The notes under the pieces: generated by a model | Database searches by the model: none | Seen by the model: the letters and a program-made list of their open reading frames with translations, nothing else | Told to the model about the DNA's origin: nothing | Translations under genes and position numbers: made by a program | In this document: piece by piece, positions 24,568-36,073 of the stretch | Position numbering within the stretch: the stretch's first letter is position 1 | Layout of the letters: every line of letters starts with the position of its first letter | Assembly: GCA_004022145.1 (NCBI GenBank) | Contig: RCNU01000013.1 | Length of the DNA: 64,000 nt | Source of the DNA: Paecilomyces variotii | Lineage: Eukaryota | Strand: one strand, 5' to 3'

Positions 24568-26575
24568 TCATTTCTGAAGCTGAGGGCTGGGCTGAGTACC
24601 GGTTCTGTGTTGGTTTTCAGGTCCTGTTTGCGCCTCCTGTTCGAGGAAATTGGACCATAACTCGGCTAGTGATTCTCTGCTGGCGTTTCCGCTGTCCATG
24701 AACTCAGATACCAATGACGGTGTGCTGGGGTTACGATGCATCGTGGCGCTTGGAACTCTTAGGCGGCTGGATGCAGTTGAAGTGCCTGGTCGTGCTAGAC
24801 CTGCTTGCTCTCGTTGTTCTTATTCGATTTATTGTTAGTCCCAGGTCGTAAAGTGGTAAGGACATACTATCATCATACGTACCGTCAGTCCATCCCAGAA
24901 GTGCTGCGATTAGCTGTAGAATCTGGAATTTCTTAGGGTCTGATCGATCCAGGGCGAGGAAGTGCAGTAGATGGTTGGTAACAATGTGCCTAGAAGAAAT
25001 TAGCGGAGATTCGATAGGAACCACCTGAGAGATTTGACGGACCTGTCAACATTGTCTTCTGGTTTTCCTCGTTTGAGAAATCTCAGAGCTTTCGTAAGAT
25101 GGTCGTTAAGTGTAACTGCTTCATGTCTCAACTTCCCAATGAGAAGATTCTTCTCTTTCACTTCCTTCTCAAACGGTAGCAACCTCTCCAGCTCTTTCTG
25201 GGCGTGTTGGAGTGCTTCTTGAGCTTCAGACTCCCTCTTCTCCGCGTTACGGACGGACTGCCTGAGCTCCTCGAGCTGAGCATCAGAGCTCTCCACAAGC
25301 TCACGCAGTTCCTTTTTACGCGCTGCAGGACCGGTCAGCTGCTTTATCCTGATGAAATGCCAAGGGGAAAGACTTGCCTGTTTGAATTTCTTGGAGGGCT
25401 CGCTGAAGACCGTCAACGGTCACTGCTTGACTATCGCGCTCAGATACAGCCTTTTCATACGCCTCCCTAAGGGCGGAGAGCTGTTCTTCAATGTCGACAA
25501 CTTTCCCTTCGAGATTTTCTCGGATGGACCGTTCTTCCATAGCAAGAACCTCCCAGTTGTGCATGGCTTGTTTCGCTTCCTCGAATTCGGTCCGGAGGTA
25601 GGTTTCTTGCTCAAGCAGCTCTTCTTTCTCCTTGAGCCAATTTTGTTGCGACAAGCTCGTCCGATCCCGCAGGATAGAAAGCTCCTTCGATCGTTGTTCG
25701 GCTTCTTCCGCCATTACCGATAACTCTGATGTCTTTGCATCTAACTCGGCATTCAAGTTCGAGTTCTGCTCCTCTAATTCTTCTATCCGAGCACGGGCTT
25801 GACCGATTTCTTCCTGTGTGTCGGCTTAGCAGCGGACTCCAAGAGGGGGCATGCGAATACATACGGCATCCTCCTTTAGCCTTTCTCCGAGCTGCGACTT
25901 GATGGTGTTGACTCTCTCCAGTAGCTTCTGATACTGGCTTTCGGCGCGCTCCTTCTTGCTTTCGGACTCTTCCAATTTCTGTTGTAAATCTTGATTTTCA
26001 TCCCTATGCTTAGACTGGATCTCCTCTAAAGACTTTCGCATCCGCGTCACTTCTTCTCGTAGAGAGTCTCTCTCCCGTACTAGTGCATTGAATCGATCTT
26101 CGGATTCGAGCGGAGTAGAGGCAGATGAATTGTTTGCGACTACATCGTTGTTGGCTTGCGCATCTGAGTTGGAGGACGGATTCGTCCGAACAGGTAGATC
26201 GACATGGTTCGTCCCATCATCTCCATCATCCTCCTGCTCTTCTACCGTCTCTGCCTCGCTCTCTTTAACGGAGTCGCCATCCCCATCCTATTACGCATGG
26301 TCAGCGCCAGGTTGTAAATGGAATCTCTGAGACCGCACGCACAGCAGCACCAGAATTCAATGGCCCCGGCTCATTTTCTAATTGTGAGGTATCATTTGAC
26401 TGCTCGTTCTTCGCCTTGTTCTTCGCCGCGGACTTCTTGTTCTTCTTATTCTTCGACTTTGCGCCTATTGCGACGACGACGACGACGACGACTGTTAGAC
26501 TGGAACGGGACTGTCTTTTTGTGCTTGAGGGGTCAACGAACCTTGAGCGATAGCAGACGGTGCGCCTGCAGGCAT
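24568..26575 (-). CDS. RUD3: Golgi matrix coiled-coil protein with GRAB/GRIP-related domain (Rud3-like), 7 exons
   Basis: Long coiled coil; EVKEKNLLIGKLRHEAVTLNDHLTKALRFLK...NVDRHIVTNHLLHFLALDRSDPKKFQILQLIAALLGWTD; ESLAELWSNFLEQEA. Confidence 0.85.
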
Positions 26576-27795
26576 ACTATCTCCCATCCTCCTGCGGTTC
26601 GCAGTGATGCCGGTGGTTGTTGAATTGATCGGACAATTATCGATACTTGCTACAGGACACGGCTGTCAACAGCGCTAGCGCGGTTGAAGTCATTGAGAGC
26701 TCCTCCGGATTGGGGGCCCCACTCAGGCACCCTTCAATGTCATATGTATGTACCAGAGCAGAATGCATATTATAGAGTCTTTTGACGGTCCTAGGGAGAA
26801 TTTATTCATTATATCTAGTTTTCTAAAGTCTATAGATATCGTCTAAATATCTGCTTCGAATCTTGTTTGTCAGGTCTTTTTGTCGAGGCCAAAAAAGGTT
26901 ATCATCTGTATGGATATTGTCCGAGTTCCGACACACATTCATTCTACCATACATAAGAAGTAATATGGGAGACACCAGTGGTACTAGTAGTTAGCACAAT
27001 GGAACAAGAACAAAGTCATCATTGTCATCTTTCGACCACTCGCCATTCGAGAGGTCGAGACTAAGCCCCGTGCGTATAACTACTTATGTACTGCAATAAT
27101 GCGCTGCGTCGCGCTTGAAGCTCTCTGCTCCAACTCAATGTGGTAGGTGATGCACCATCGTAGTAACAATCCTCCTCGGGCACTAATACTAGGTAGTTGA
27201 TTGGTCATTACGTGGACTATGGGAGAATCTTACCCATAAACGTCGCGGTGAATCTCACCAGCGGTTTCTCTCGTGGGGAGGCTATTTCTTTCGTCGTTTG
27301 TATTCTGCATTGCTTATCTCTACTATACCCCGGGATTTGGATAGTACTCCATGTATATTGTTTGTTTGTTCCTACCATAGATACGTAATTACTCATCTCT
27401 GTAGTAACTACTTTCAAGACCAATTTACCCTACGCACTCGACCCGGTCCCAATATTCATGTCAGCGAGGTTTGAAAAAGTATACCATATTTGGAAAATGA
27501 TAGATTGATCCTTTTGACTTTTGTATGCTTTATATGTTTTGTATGTAGATGGCTGCCTTTGTCGTCACTCGTAAATGGATGAAAATGAAGCCCCGTGATG
27601 GAGAGATATCAGGTTCAAGTAGCGCGAAATATTCTGCGCTTTGTCGGCGACGCCACTGTATCTCAATATGAGAATCCTTGTGGTCATCGACCCACAATAT
27701 CACTGTGACTGTTCCTGCTCCGGCTGCTCCTTTGAAGCTAGCTCTGAGAAATCTTGCAAACCGTCTTCCTCTTGGACGAAGATAAGTTGGTATCT

Positions 27796-28685
27796 TTACA
27801 TGAAATCGTCAAGGAAATCCGGATCCCGGTCCTGGTTGCTGCTCATTTGGAGATTCTCCTCGCTGAACATGTCATCATAGGCATGTTCCTTTTGCCATTT
27901 CATCTCTTCCCTCTGCTTCTTGGCCTTCTTTTCCTCGGCTTTCTTTTCCTCCCTTAGCCGCCTCTCCTCTTTTCGCTGTTTCTTCAGATATTCTTCCTTC
28001 TCAGCCATCAGATCCGGGAACTTTTCGACTTTTGTCTTGTTTAGGCGGTTCACGATCGCATTTTCACGTGCGGGGACGAAAACCTTCTTGACCATCTTCG
28101 GGTTGTGGAAAGAGACCTGACCGACTGCCATCGATGCGTTCTTCATCAGGTTCGACCATGGCGTGTAGATCACGGTTATGTTATCTTTCTTGTTTCCTGG
28201 TTCGATATGAGCCGCAGTTCAGGAGTTTCATGGAGCGTGATAGCTACCGTCAATGGAGTTCGCTTTGGTGAGTTGGGCACAGTCATCGAGAAGCTCTTGG
28301 GGGATCTTATCCCAAGTTTCATTGTCGCGGAGTCGCAGGTAGATATGCGCACTGGAAAGATTGTCGACATGGAACTGGAAGAGGTATCAAGACATATCAG
28401 ACGAGGTTCTATCAACGCAACAGCTGCGGGCGAGGCAACCAACCCTATGAGTCCATCACGTCAGAGTTCCAGCACTCAGAAAACAGCGGGAATTTTTGTT
28501 TCGATCACAGTACCAGACGTCCTTCTCTAGTCCATATTTGATAAGATCCTCATCTGAAGGGGTGTCTGTCAGAGCAAGCTTAGGCATATCGAAGAAAGAA
28601 AGACTGTCGTACTCTCGTATTTGTCCTTCCCCGCGTAGATAAAAGCCGAGGGACTGACCACGTTCGATGTGTAATAGTACACCAT
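27796..28685 (-). CDS. CCDC25/Jlp2-like NFACT-R (DUF814) protein; includes a 1-nt exon at 28444
   Basis: Spliced: [53 protein letters not shown]...[29 protein letters not shown]...[13 protein letters not shown]...[15 protein letters not shown]. Confidence 0.93.
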
Positions 28686-30526
28686 TTTGACCTAGAATTC
28701 AAAACTGGACACAGAAGAGATGCGGTCGGCTCAGCGACGATGTCAAACTGTCTCTGGCACAGGCCAAATGGTGGACGGTCATCCAAGAGCGTGGGGCATC
28801 GCAAATCAACTTTTTTGTCCCTCTCCGTCCGTATCTGGTAAAAGTATGCTTAGTCATCCGTATATAGTTGCTGCTTTGGTTCCTTGAGTATTAAATAACA
28901 ATTACAGTTATTAACTAACTAGTCGTATTATTATCGTCTAGGAACTCAAAATTCCTAATTCAGTGTTCTGCCTCGTGTCTGTTTAAGCTCATAGCTGACT
29001 TTGATCTCAGAGGGTGATTATCATGCTGCTTAGACTATCTACCAGCATTGGCCACCAATTATCAGAAGGATAGTTATGCTGAATGATTCTAATGGGCAGT
29101 GGCTTCAATAGTGATTCAAGGCGGTGGACTTTTGCGAGGGCAAAGGATCTCACCCACTCATTATCATTAACTATGCCATCTCATACATGGCTTACGCCCG
29201 AAAGTAGGATAATCATCTCGTGTCATTAAACACGTCTCGGTATAAAGCAGGATATGCGTGCACAGTTGACACGCAAATATGTACTTGCATGTGCATACAT
29301 ATATACATACATACGTACATGCCCAGTACCCTACTCAGATGTCGACCTGGTAATATTATAATAACGTATATCCGCCAGAGGATACTTATCTCTGGTGGCC
29401 AATTATCAATCCTTTACGCCGTCGATACTGCAACCCTTTTGTTATTCCACCCCCGGTTCTGTGCTAGCTAGCTTGTCCGACACCTGCCTGGATAGGTAGT
29501 CGAAGACTCTCCGTGACTACTGCAGAGATTCTCGGCGTGTTTGCAGCCGTGGACCATACAGAACCTGAGATACGTAGTTCCTTCGGAGTCATTTCATGGA
29601 CAAGGCTCTCTCCGCACGGCTGCCACTCTCGACTTCCCCGTGCCGCAGCTTCGGCTTGACTTATCCGAAACCTTGTCTGGCCTACATCGGCTCATCCAAC
29701 ACTTCCCTCTCGACAGCTTCCAGGCGCCGTCCAACTCTGCTTCAGGAAATACGATCATCCAAAGTCCTATCTAAGTACGGAGTGCTAACCCTTCTGCAGC
29801 TTGCGGGCTTTGCACTGACATCTAGTCCTGCCACCTGCCTTTTTGGGCTGCTCCCTAGTCTACTGCGGCTATTCTTTGGTAGATAGCCCAGTGCAGTTCT
29901 ATCTTCCTCCGTCTTATATTTCTTCCTTGAACCCCGAAGTCGCTTCACACCATGATCATGTTCGGCATCCTGGTTGACGTGCGGCTGCTTTACAACCATT
30001 CATCGGGGCCCAAGCGTCCAACCAGGGAACTCTTCACGGTCCAGATGCGAATGATACGATAAGCATTCTCCCTACCCGCAGGGATTGCTCTGTACTGGAG
30101 AATGGTTCGTGAAGTCGTGACCCCTGGACCAGGTAGCGTATAGGCCCGCGGAAAATCTCACATAATCGTGTCTAAAGTACGAGACCAGTGGACCCGTGTG
30201 GAAGTTTGAAGAGAAAACTGGAGGATAGATACACGCTTATGGATGGAGGAGTGGTAAATTGGCTAACGTCTAGTTGATGCTCGCGGCCACGCGTATGCCT
30301 ATCCCCTGCAGCGGGTCTTGATGGAGAAAAGGGTCTACTACTGTACCTCTCGGGGTTCCATCGTTTCATTCCAAATTCCTCCCCGTTCCGGGATGTTGTG
30401 ACGGAGCTCCCGATCGACCCCATACGTTCCAACGACCAGCCGTATGATGAAACATGTCGGTCAGGTCTCCGTTCAGGACCGCTTAGGGCGTGGTCGACCG
30501 TTAACGGAGGTGTCTTGACCAAGGTG

Positions 30527-30810
30527 GGTAAAAAAAGGGACACGCCATAATATGACGGGGAATAGTTAGCGGTCACCGGACGTGGTCATCGCATTTCCTG
30601 CGCTGTTCCTGTAGCAGGAAATCGATTTTATTCGCTATAACTGTTCCCGTTTTATAATTGTATTCTTTTTGTTTACCGTCCCAGTGGAGTTTGAAGTCTG
30701 TTGATATGCTGCTGCTGGATGCTAGCATATTATTACTCAAACTGTCGTTGTGTACTTCGGATGCCCAATGTGGATGACTCTCCAAGAGAACGGCGGGTCT
30801 AACCTAGACC
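30527..30810 (+). ncRNA. Candidate structured non-coding RNA segment (family not identified)
   Basis: Long irregular stem 30527-30572/30632-30677 closing two inner hairpins, followed by hairpins 30688-30743 and 30796-30810; the non-Watson-Crick pairs are G-U on the + strand. Hand-folded only. Confidence 0.3.
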
Positions 30811-32048
30811 GACGAAAGGGTCCGCAAATCTAACATGCGAATAGGGCTTCGACGGTTATGGATTTTGGGGCTAAACCGTTGTTCTATGGAGGTCGGAACT
30901 TCTGCCCAGAAACTTGATGTGGACACGGTGGAACTGCAACGGTTCTGCCGCATGGGCGATCCCCTAGTACGGGATATTGACCGGCGTATCTGGAAATTAG
31001 CATTCTGGACCGGTTACTCTGAACAGGGGAGAGGGTGTTTTGGATGCTCGCTGTTTGTGTATCAATCGCAGGCGGAGTGCGCTCTATATGCCACTGAGTT
31101 CTGGGCTTGAGCCGCGATATACGATTAGTGCTCTCTCTGAGTGGTTCGACCACGAAGCAATCGCATCCGCCCTCCTTTCCCCGACGAATTGAGCGCTCTC
31201 CATTATTGACTGGGCGTTCGCTTCTCTTAGCCTGACGCTGACCAATTCATAGTCGATGAAGAGTCAGAAAAAGAAATCCCCCGAACCCCACCTAATAAGA
31301 CACAAGACCCTGCCAATATACCGCCGCAACGTATCATGACATCGCTTTTATCCTTGTCAAGGAGAATTTCCCGAATCGAAATCTCCTACCCGGACAATCA
31401 GCTAACCTTGGACTTGCATTATCTGGAGCCCTATCACTCTGATCGTGATCAACCACCTCGGCTATGCCCATGCTAGCCCTACCGTGAAACGCAAAGACAT
31501 TTAGCCTAGGCCTGATCCTTTCCCTAAACGAACAGAACCACCTGCGAAAAGAGCCCCTCTACTGCAGCGGGAGAATCCGTCCATGGGCCCACCTGCCACA
31601 TGGCCGTTGGAAATGAAGCCGCAAGGATATTGGATTTCTTGATTCCTGAGTCCGGACAAGATGGTGCCTCTCGACGGGTCTTCAGGAGACAGCATGAAAT
31701 TCTCCGAGAACAAAAGACTGCCTCCTGATTGACAGGACCCGGTGTGCAGGTATCCCACTACACCTTTATTATTACTCGCCTTCACACAGCAACTTGTGGA
31801 TGCTGTCTAAAGCAAGCTGTCATTCCCATGGCTTGCGTCGACATTCACGCAGGGGAGTCTTGTTAGGAAGTGAAACCATTGACACGTTCTGGACAGAAGA
31901 CGCATGCAAGCTTGCACAGCTTTAACACCTTACTTCCTGACACGCTTCTTCATATCCAGGCTAATGAACCTTCCATGTTATTTATATCCCCTTTTGCTAC
32001 AGTCACGACAAAGCCGGCGAAAACTCTTTCTACCAACGCCATTCCACA

Positions 32049-32351
32049 ATGACCAATGCGGTCTCCAACTCGGGAAGAGACCAAGTACGTCTTGCTCTGG
32101 AGGAAGCCAGAAACAGCGAGGATGGACATATAAATCCTCAGACGACGGCAATCCTCGAAGCTGCCATCAGCCGACTTTGGCGGGACATACAGGCGCAACC
32201 GGATAGCTACATTCTCGATCGTGACGAGTTTGCTCTATTCAACTACTTCCGGGACCGGTTTCGCGGCTCTACTATCGCCCAACGAGCTGTAGAGCGTTTC
32301 TGGAATAATTTTCAAGGGGATGCTTCGGAGCTTGATGGGCCTGCAGCCTAG
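32049..32351 (+). CDS. Small fungal hypothetical protein (100 aa)
   Basis: Good start context CACAATG; protein-like helical sequence ALEEARNSE...ILEAAISRLWRDIQAQPDSYILDRDEFALFNYFRDRF...AVERFWN, recalled as a conserved Pezizomycotina hypothetical. Confidence 0.8.
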   Translation: MTNAVSNSGRDQVRLALEEARNSEDGHINPQTTAILEAAISRLWRDIQAQPDSYILDRDEFALFNYFRDRFRGSTIAQRAVERFWNNFQGDASELDGPAA

Positions 32352-33299
32352 CTTGGGGACAGTGCGGTGAGCCATCCGACTGTTCTACTGTCTCAAGGAG
32401 TCTGTCTGGATGACGCAACTCTCCTGGATGAGTGAGCTTGGCAAAAGCAAGTGAATCTACACCGTGTGATGATGAACACGGTTAAGTCATCGATGGGAAC
32501 TCCTTACTAGGAATGTCATACTGTTCCTGGCGGGGCCTCCTCGAGGTCTAGCGGGAGTGTGGAGTGTTGGAATCGAAGTGTACTGGGGGCCACCGACTTA
32601 TCTTTTCATGAAAGACAACAAAAAACTAGGTGCTGGGGCCAAATTGTTATTCCGGTAGCCGGCACCATTTATTCTTCGATGCGCGGCCCTTCACGAGCGA
32701 AACGAACGTTTTGCTCGGTCCATTCCACCTGGTGCGGTGACTCTTTCTTCTCCAGTACACACGGACAACGGCGCATACTTCCCTTCGACCTCCCTTCCAT
32801 GCCTGCCGACTTGACTTGGAGCTATTCAGACACAAGTCACATCCATGACCACTTGACCATGCAGCCTTCTCTTGAGAGTTTTGCTCCACGCCATCAAACC
32901 CTTGAACCGATGGGTTTGTCGATGAACAGAAATGGAAAGATCAGTGACTCCCCTAAAAGATATTACGCTCTTATACGCTACTATACACAATTCTTTTTTT
33001 CTTGGAACCCTCTAATGTCCTACCTATCTTATTACCTGTTTTGTCTAACTATAGATTGACCAACATCGTTCCAATAATACTATGACTCTGTGCTTTTTCC
33101 TTTCTTTTGTTCTTTTGTTCTTTTGTGTTTTTGGCTTATTATTTCCGTACTCAGGGAGAAAACAGAACTAGACGGTGAAAATAATTCAGGTTTTAATAAT
33201 TCCTTTTCCCCTTATGCATTAAGTCTGGGAGATATGCACATGATATATTATGACCAATGTTTATTTTATTATAATATCCCTTTTGTTTTCTCTTTTTTC

Positions 33300-34800
33300 C
33301 CTTCGTTCTCAAAAAGATAAATTGTCAATGGACAAAGATTACACAATAAGCTAAGCTAATAGCTTATTACATCACTTCTCACAGCTGGGATCTCTATATG
33401 CTATACTATTCTATGAGCAGAACCTACTAGATTCGACACCTGACTACATACTCTGCACTTCTGCGTAGTTGATTGTATTCGAGGTTTAACAATTGAGCTT
33501 GGAGTTTGCTTTAAATTGTTTCTTCTTGCCGTCTAGTATTGTCTCGGATCTCGAAGCGTCGATGGCTGGGCTGCTATTACTGGTCTTGTCCGTAACATAT
33601 AAAGATATTGGTCTGGGGAGTTCCTGAAAGCGACCACCTAGATATATAACCTATTGATAAGGGTCTAAATTCTATAGCCGAGTAAACCACCTTTCTGCCC
33701 TTCGATCCGGAAGGCTGCATTTTTCTAATTCAAAGGCTTCCGCGGACGAGAGTCGCATAGACGCCAAGTACAGTACAAGTATTCTGTCTTATTTTATTTT
33801 AGTGTATAGAAGTCTGGAAAGTCTGTTAGATGAGTATGGTAGCTATTAAGAACGCTCGAATATATGCAACTAAGCACGAAATAGTTACCTCGTCTGTTTA
33901 GCTTAGCAGTTCTTATTTCTCTTCGAGGCGAGAAATTCGGTCGCGGCAGCCGCCAGCGCAATACCTAGCAGTATCTTATAGTAACAATCTAACTTGCCTT
34001 CTAGTAGCGGCCCCTTTAACAACTTTGCTCCAGTTTATAACTTATTTATATACATAAGATAGTTAGTGTATCTAGATAACAAAGTAAACTACTAATCCTA
34101 ACCGTCATTTGGATTAAGTAGGTAGGTTATAGATAGTTAGCAGCAACACCCTCTTATTAAGTATTCAAGATGCTATAGGATCTTAGTGAGCTACTTGGGG
34201 ATTATTTCTTCTAGATTTATATTATCCTTAAGTATTATATTAATACCCTAGTTAAGCTACTTTATAATGTTTTCAGCTTAGATTAAAGTACTATAAGTAA
34301 GTACTCAGTAACTCTTATATACAACGAGGCGAGATACTGTAATTCTTAATACTTTATTTATTTACTCTATTAACTACTACTGTGATAAACCTCTATATTT
34401 TTTCATGACCTAGCTCTATATCGCTAATTGGACCCTTTTATAAGTATCAGTATATTTAATATTATACTATACTATACGGTTTGTAACGCATCGCTTTGCC
34501 TATCTATCTATCTATACTAAACGGCAACTCGGAGAAACAGGAAGGAAAGCAAGCCTGTTTAAGACGGAAGTCCCTTGGTGAGAGTTGGACTAACGATTGA
34601 TTTTTATTGAACTGAATCGAGCGCCACTAATAATAATAATAATAATAATAATAACAGCGGCTCGATTACCTACTAATTAACTACAGCATACTTAGCATAG
34701 ACTAAGCGTCAGGTAGTTACCTATCATCTTCGACTTTCTGCCTTGTTGTAATTCGAGATATCTAGCCCAGAGAACAGCCAGTTTAAATTTATCCTTGCCT
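33300..34800. other. AT-rich, TpA-rich degenerate DNA (RIP-like relic)
   Basis: No ORF in the track between 33320 and 36074; abundant TA/TAG/TAA; directly adjacent to a pseudogene with transition mutations. Confidence 0.55.
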
Positions 34801-34819
34801 TAAGTCTGAAGAGATTACG

Positions 34820-35416
34820 ATAACGACACCAGTATGGGCTCCTCCTCCTCCTCCTTCTCCTCCATCGGAGAATCTTCGCTTCAAAGTCTCGTCTTTTAGT
34901 ATACAGAAACTACGAGCCGCGCTACTAGACTGGTATTACAAGTCTCCCAAATCAATCACCACCGCCAATCGACTCCCTAGTCGCATCAACAGGTCTATAT
35001 TTCTTCTACAGCACACTAACTGACCCATATATAATTATAAAAATCCTCGCATTAAATCACAAACCTAAGTTACGACCGACTTATATCATCGGGTACGAAT
35101 GCAAATTATGGGGCCAATATCCGGCTCTTCTCAATGCCCCGGGCTCGATTGTTCAAGGGGCCGTTTATTATATTAAGACTGTTGAAGATGGCGAAAAATT
35201 AGCTACTTATGAGACGGGGAATTACCTATCGGACAGAGTGGTGTTTGATTAATTATATAGATGAAGAGGGACTAGTAAGGGAAAAAAGGGTCTACGTTTA
35301 AGTTTATTGGGAATAAAAGTGAGCTCAGTGAAGGTCGGTTTGATTTGAAGGTCTGGTTGAAACGTATGGGAAGGACAGCGGCACTGGAGAATCTAGAGGC
35401 TAAAGTGAAGCATTAA
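34820..35416 (+). pseudogene. AIG2/gamma-glutamylcyclotransferase-like pseudogene
   Basis: Manual translation APPPPPSPPSENLR...//TGLYFFYSTLTDP...LRPTYIIGYECKLWGQYPALLNAPGSIVQGAVYYIKTVEDGEKLATYETGNY...FDLKVWLKRMG. The family motif FFYGTL reads FFYSTL; frameshifts near 34950 and 35230. Confidence 0.75.
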
Positions 35417-36073
35417 TGACATGCTGAGAACAAGGCATGTTGTCTAGTGACGGTTGACCAGACGTGTGTCAAATTTATACGGCCTTAGCTCTGGAGTGCT
35501 ATAAGCGGGGCGGAATGGTACTTGATTTTGACGGTCAACGGTCTCTTTTAAAGTTGCTCTGCGCTTCCTGTGGTCAATGTTCCCAGGACCAATAATAACA
35601 GCGATTCTGGGACCAGGCCGTTAGTTCTGGGGGCTCGTTCCGGTCCCAGGCGCCGTCAAGAAGATCTCAGGATACCTCCCTATAACTGCTAGTTAAGCTT
35701 CTTTATTAAATTACCAGTTACCACTGGAGAAACATTTGCTGTTACACGTGGACCAGTTTGATGCCAAAGTATCCGAACAGATGATGCTCTTATTAACTTA
35801 ATTTTTCTTGTAGGTAAAATGAATATAAAGATACAATGTCCGGCTAGACCGATATTCCGCATCTAAAGCCCGTGTCTGACAACCGCCCAGATCTCGAACG
35901 CCACACGCCTTAGTAGTCCGCCTAGAAGACGATAACCTCAACGTAGCTCACCGTGAGCAACCGTGGTAGGATCGACGCCGTCCCTGCGGCAGAAGTCTAG
36001 CGAATATCTGCAGGTCTATTCATGAAAAAAGAAACCGGACAGAATGGGGTAAAAGTAAAAATAATCCGAAGTT

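Noticed and set aside
30444-30450. ATGATGA C-box-like motif
   Set aside because: No CTGA D box at a suitable distance.
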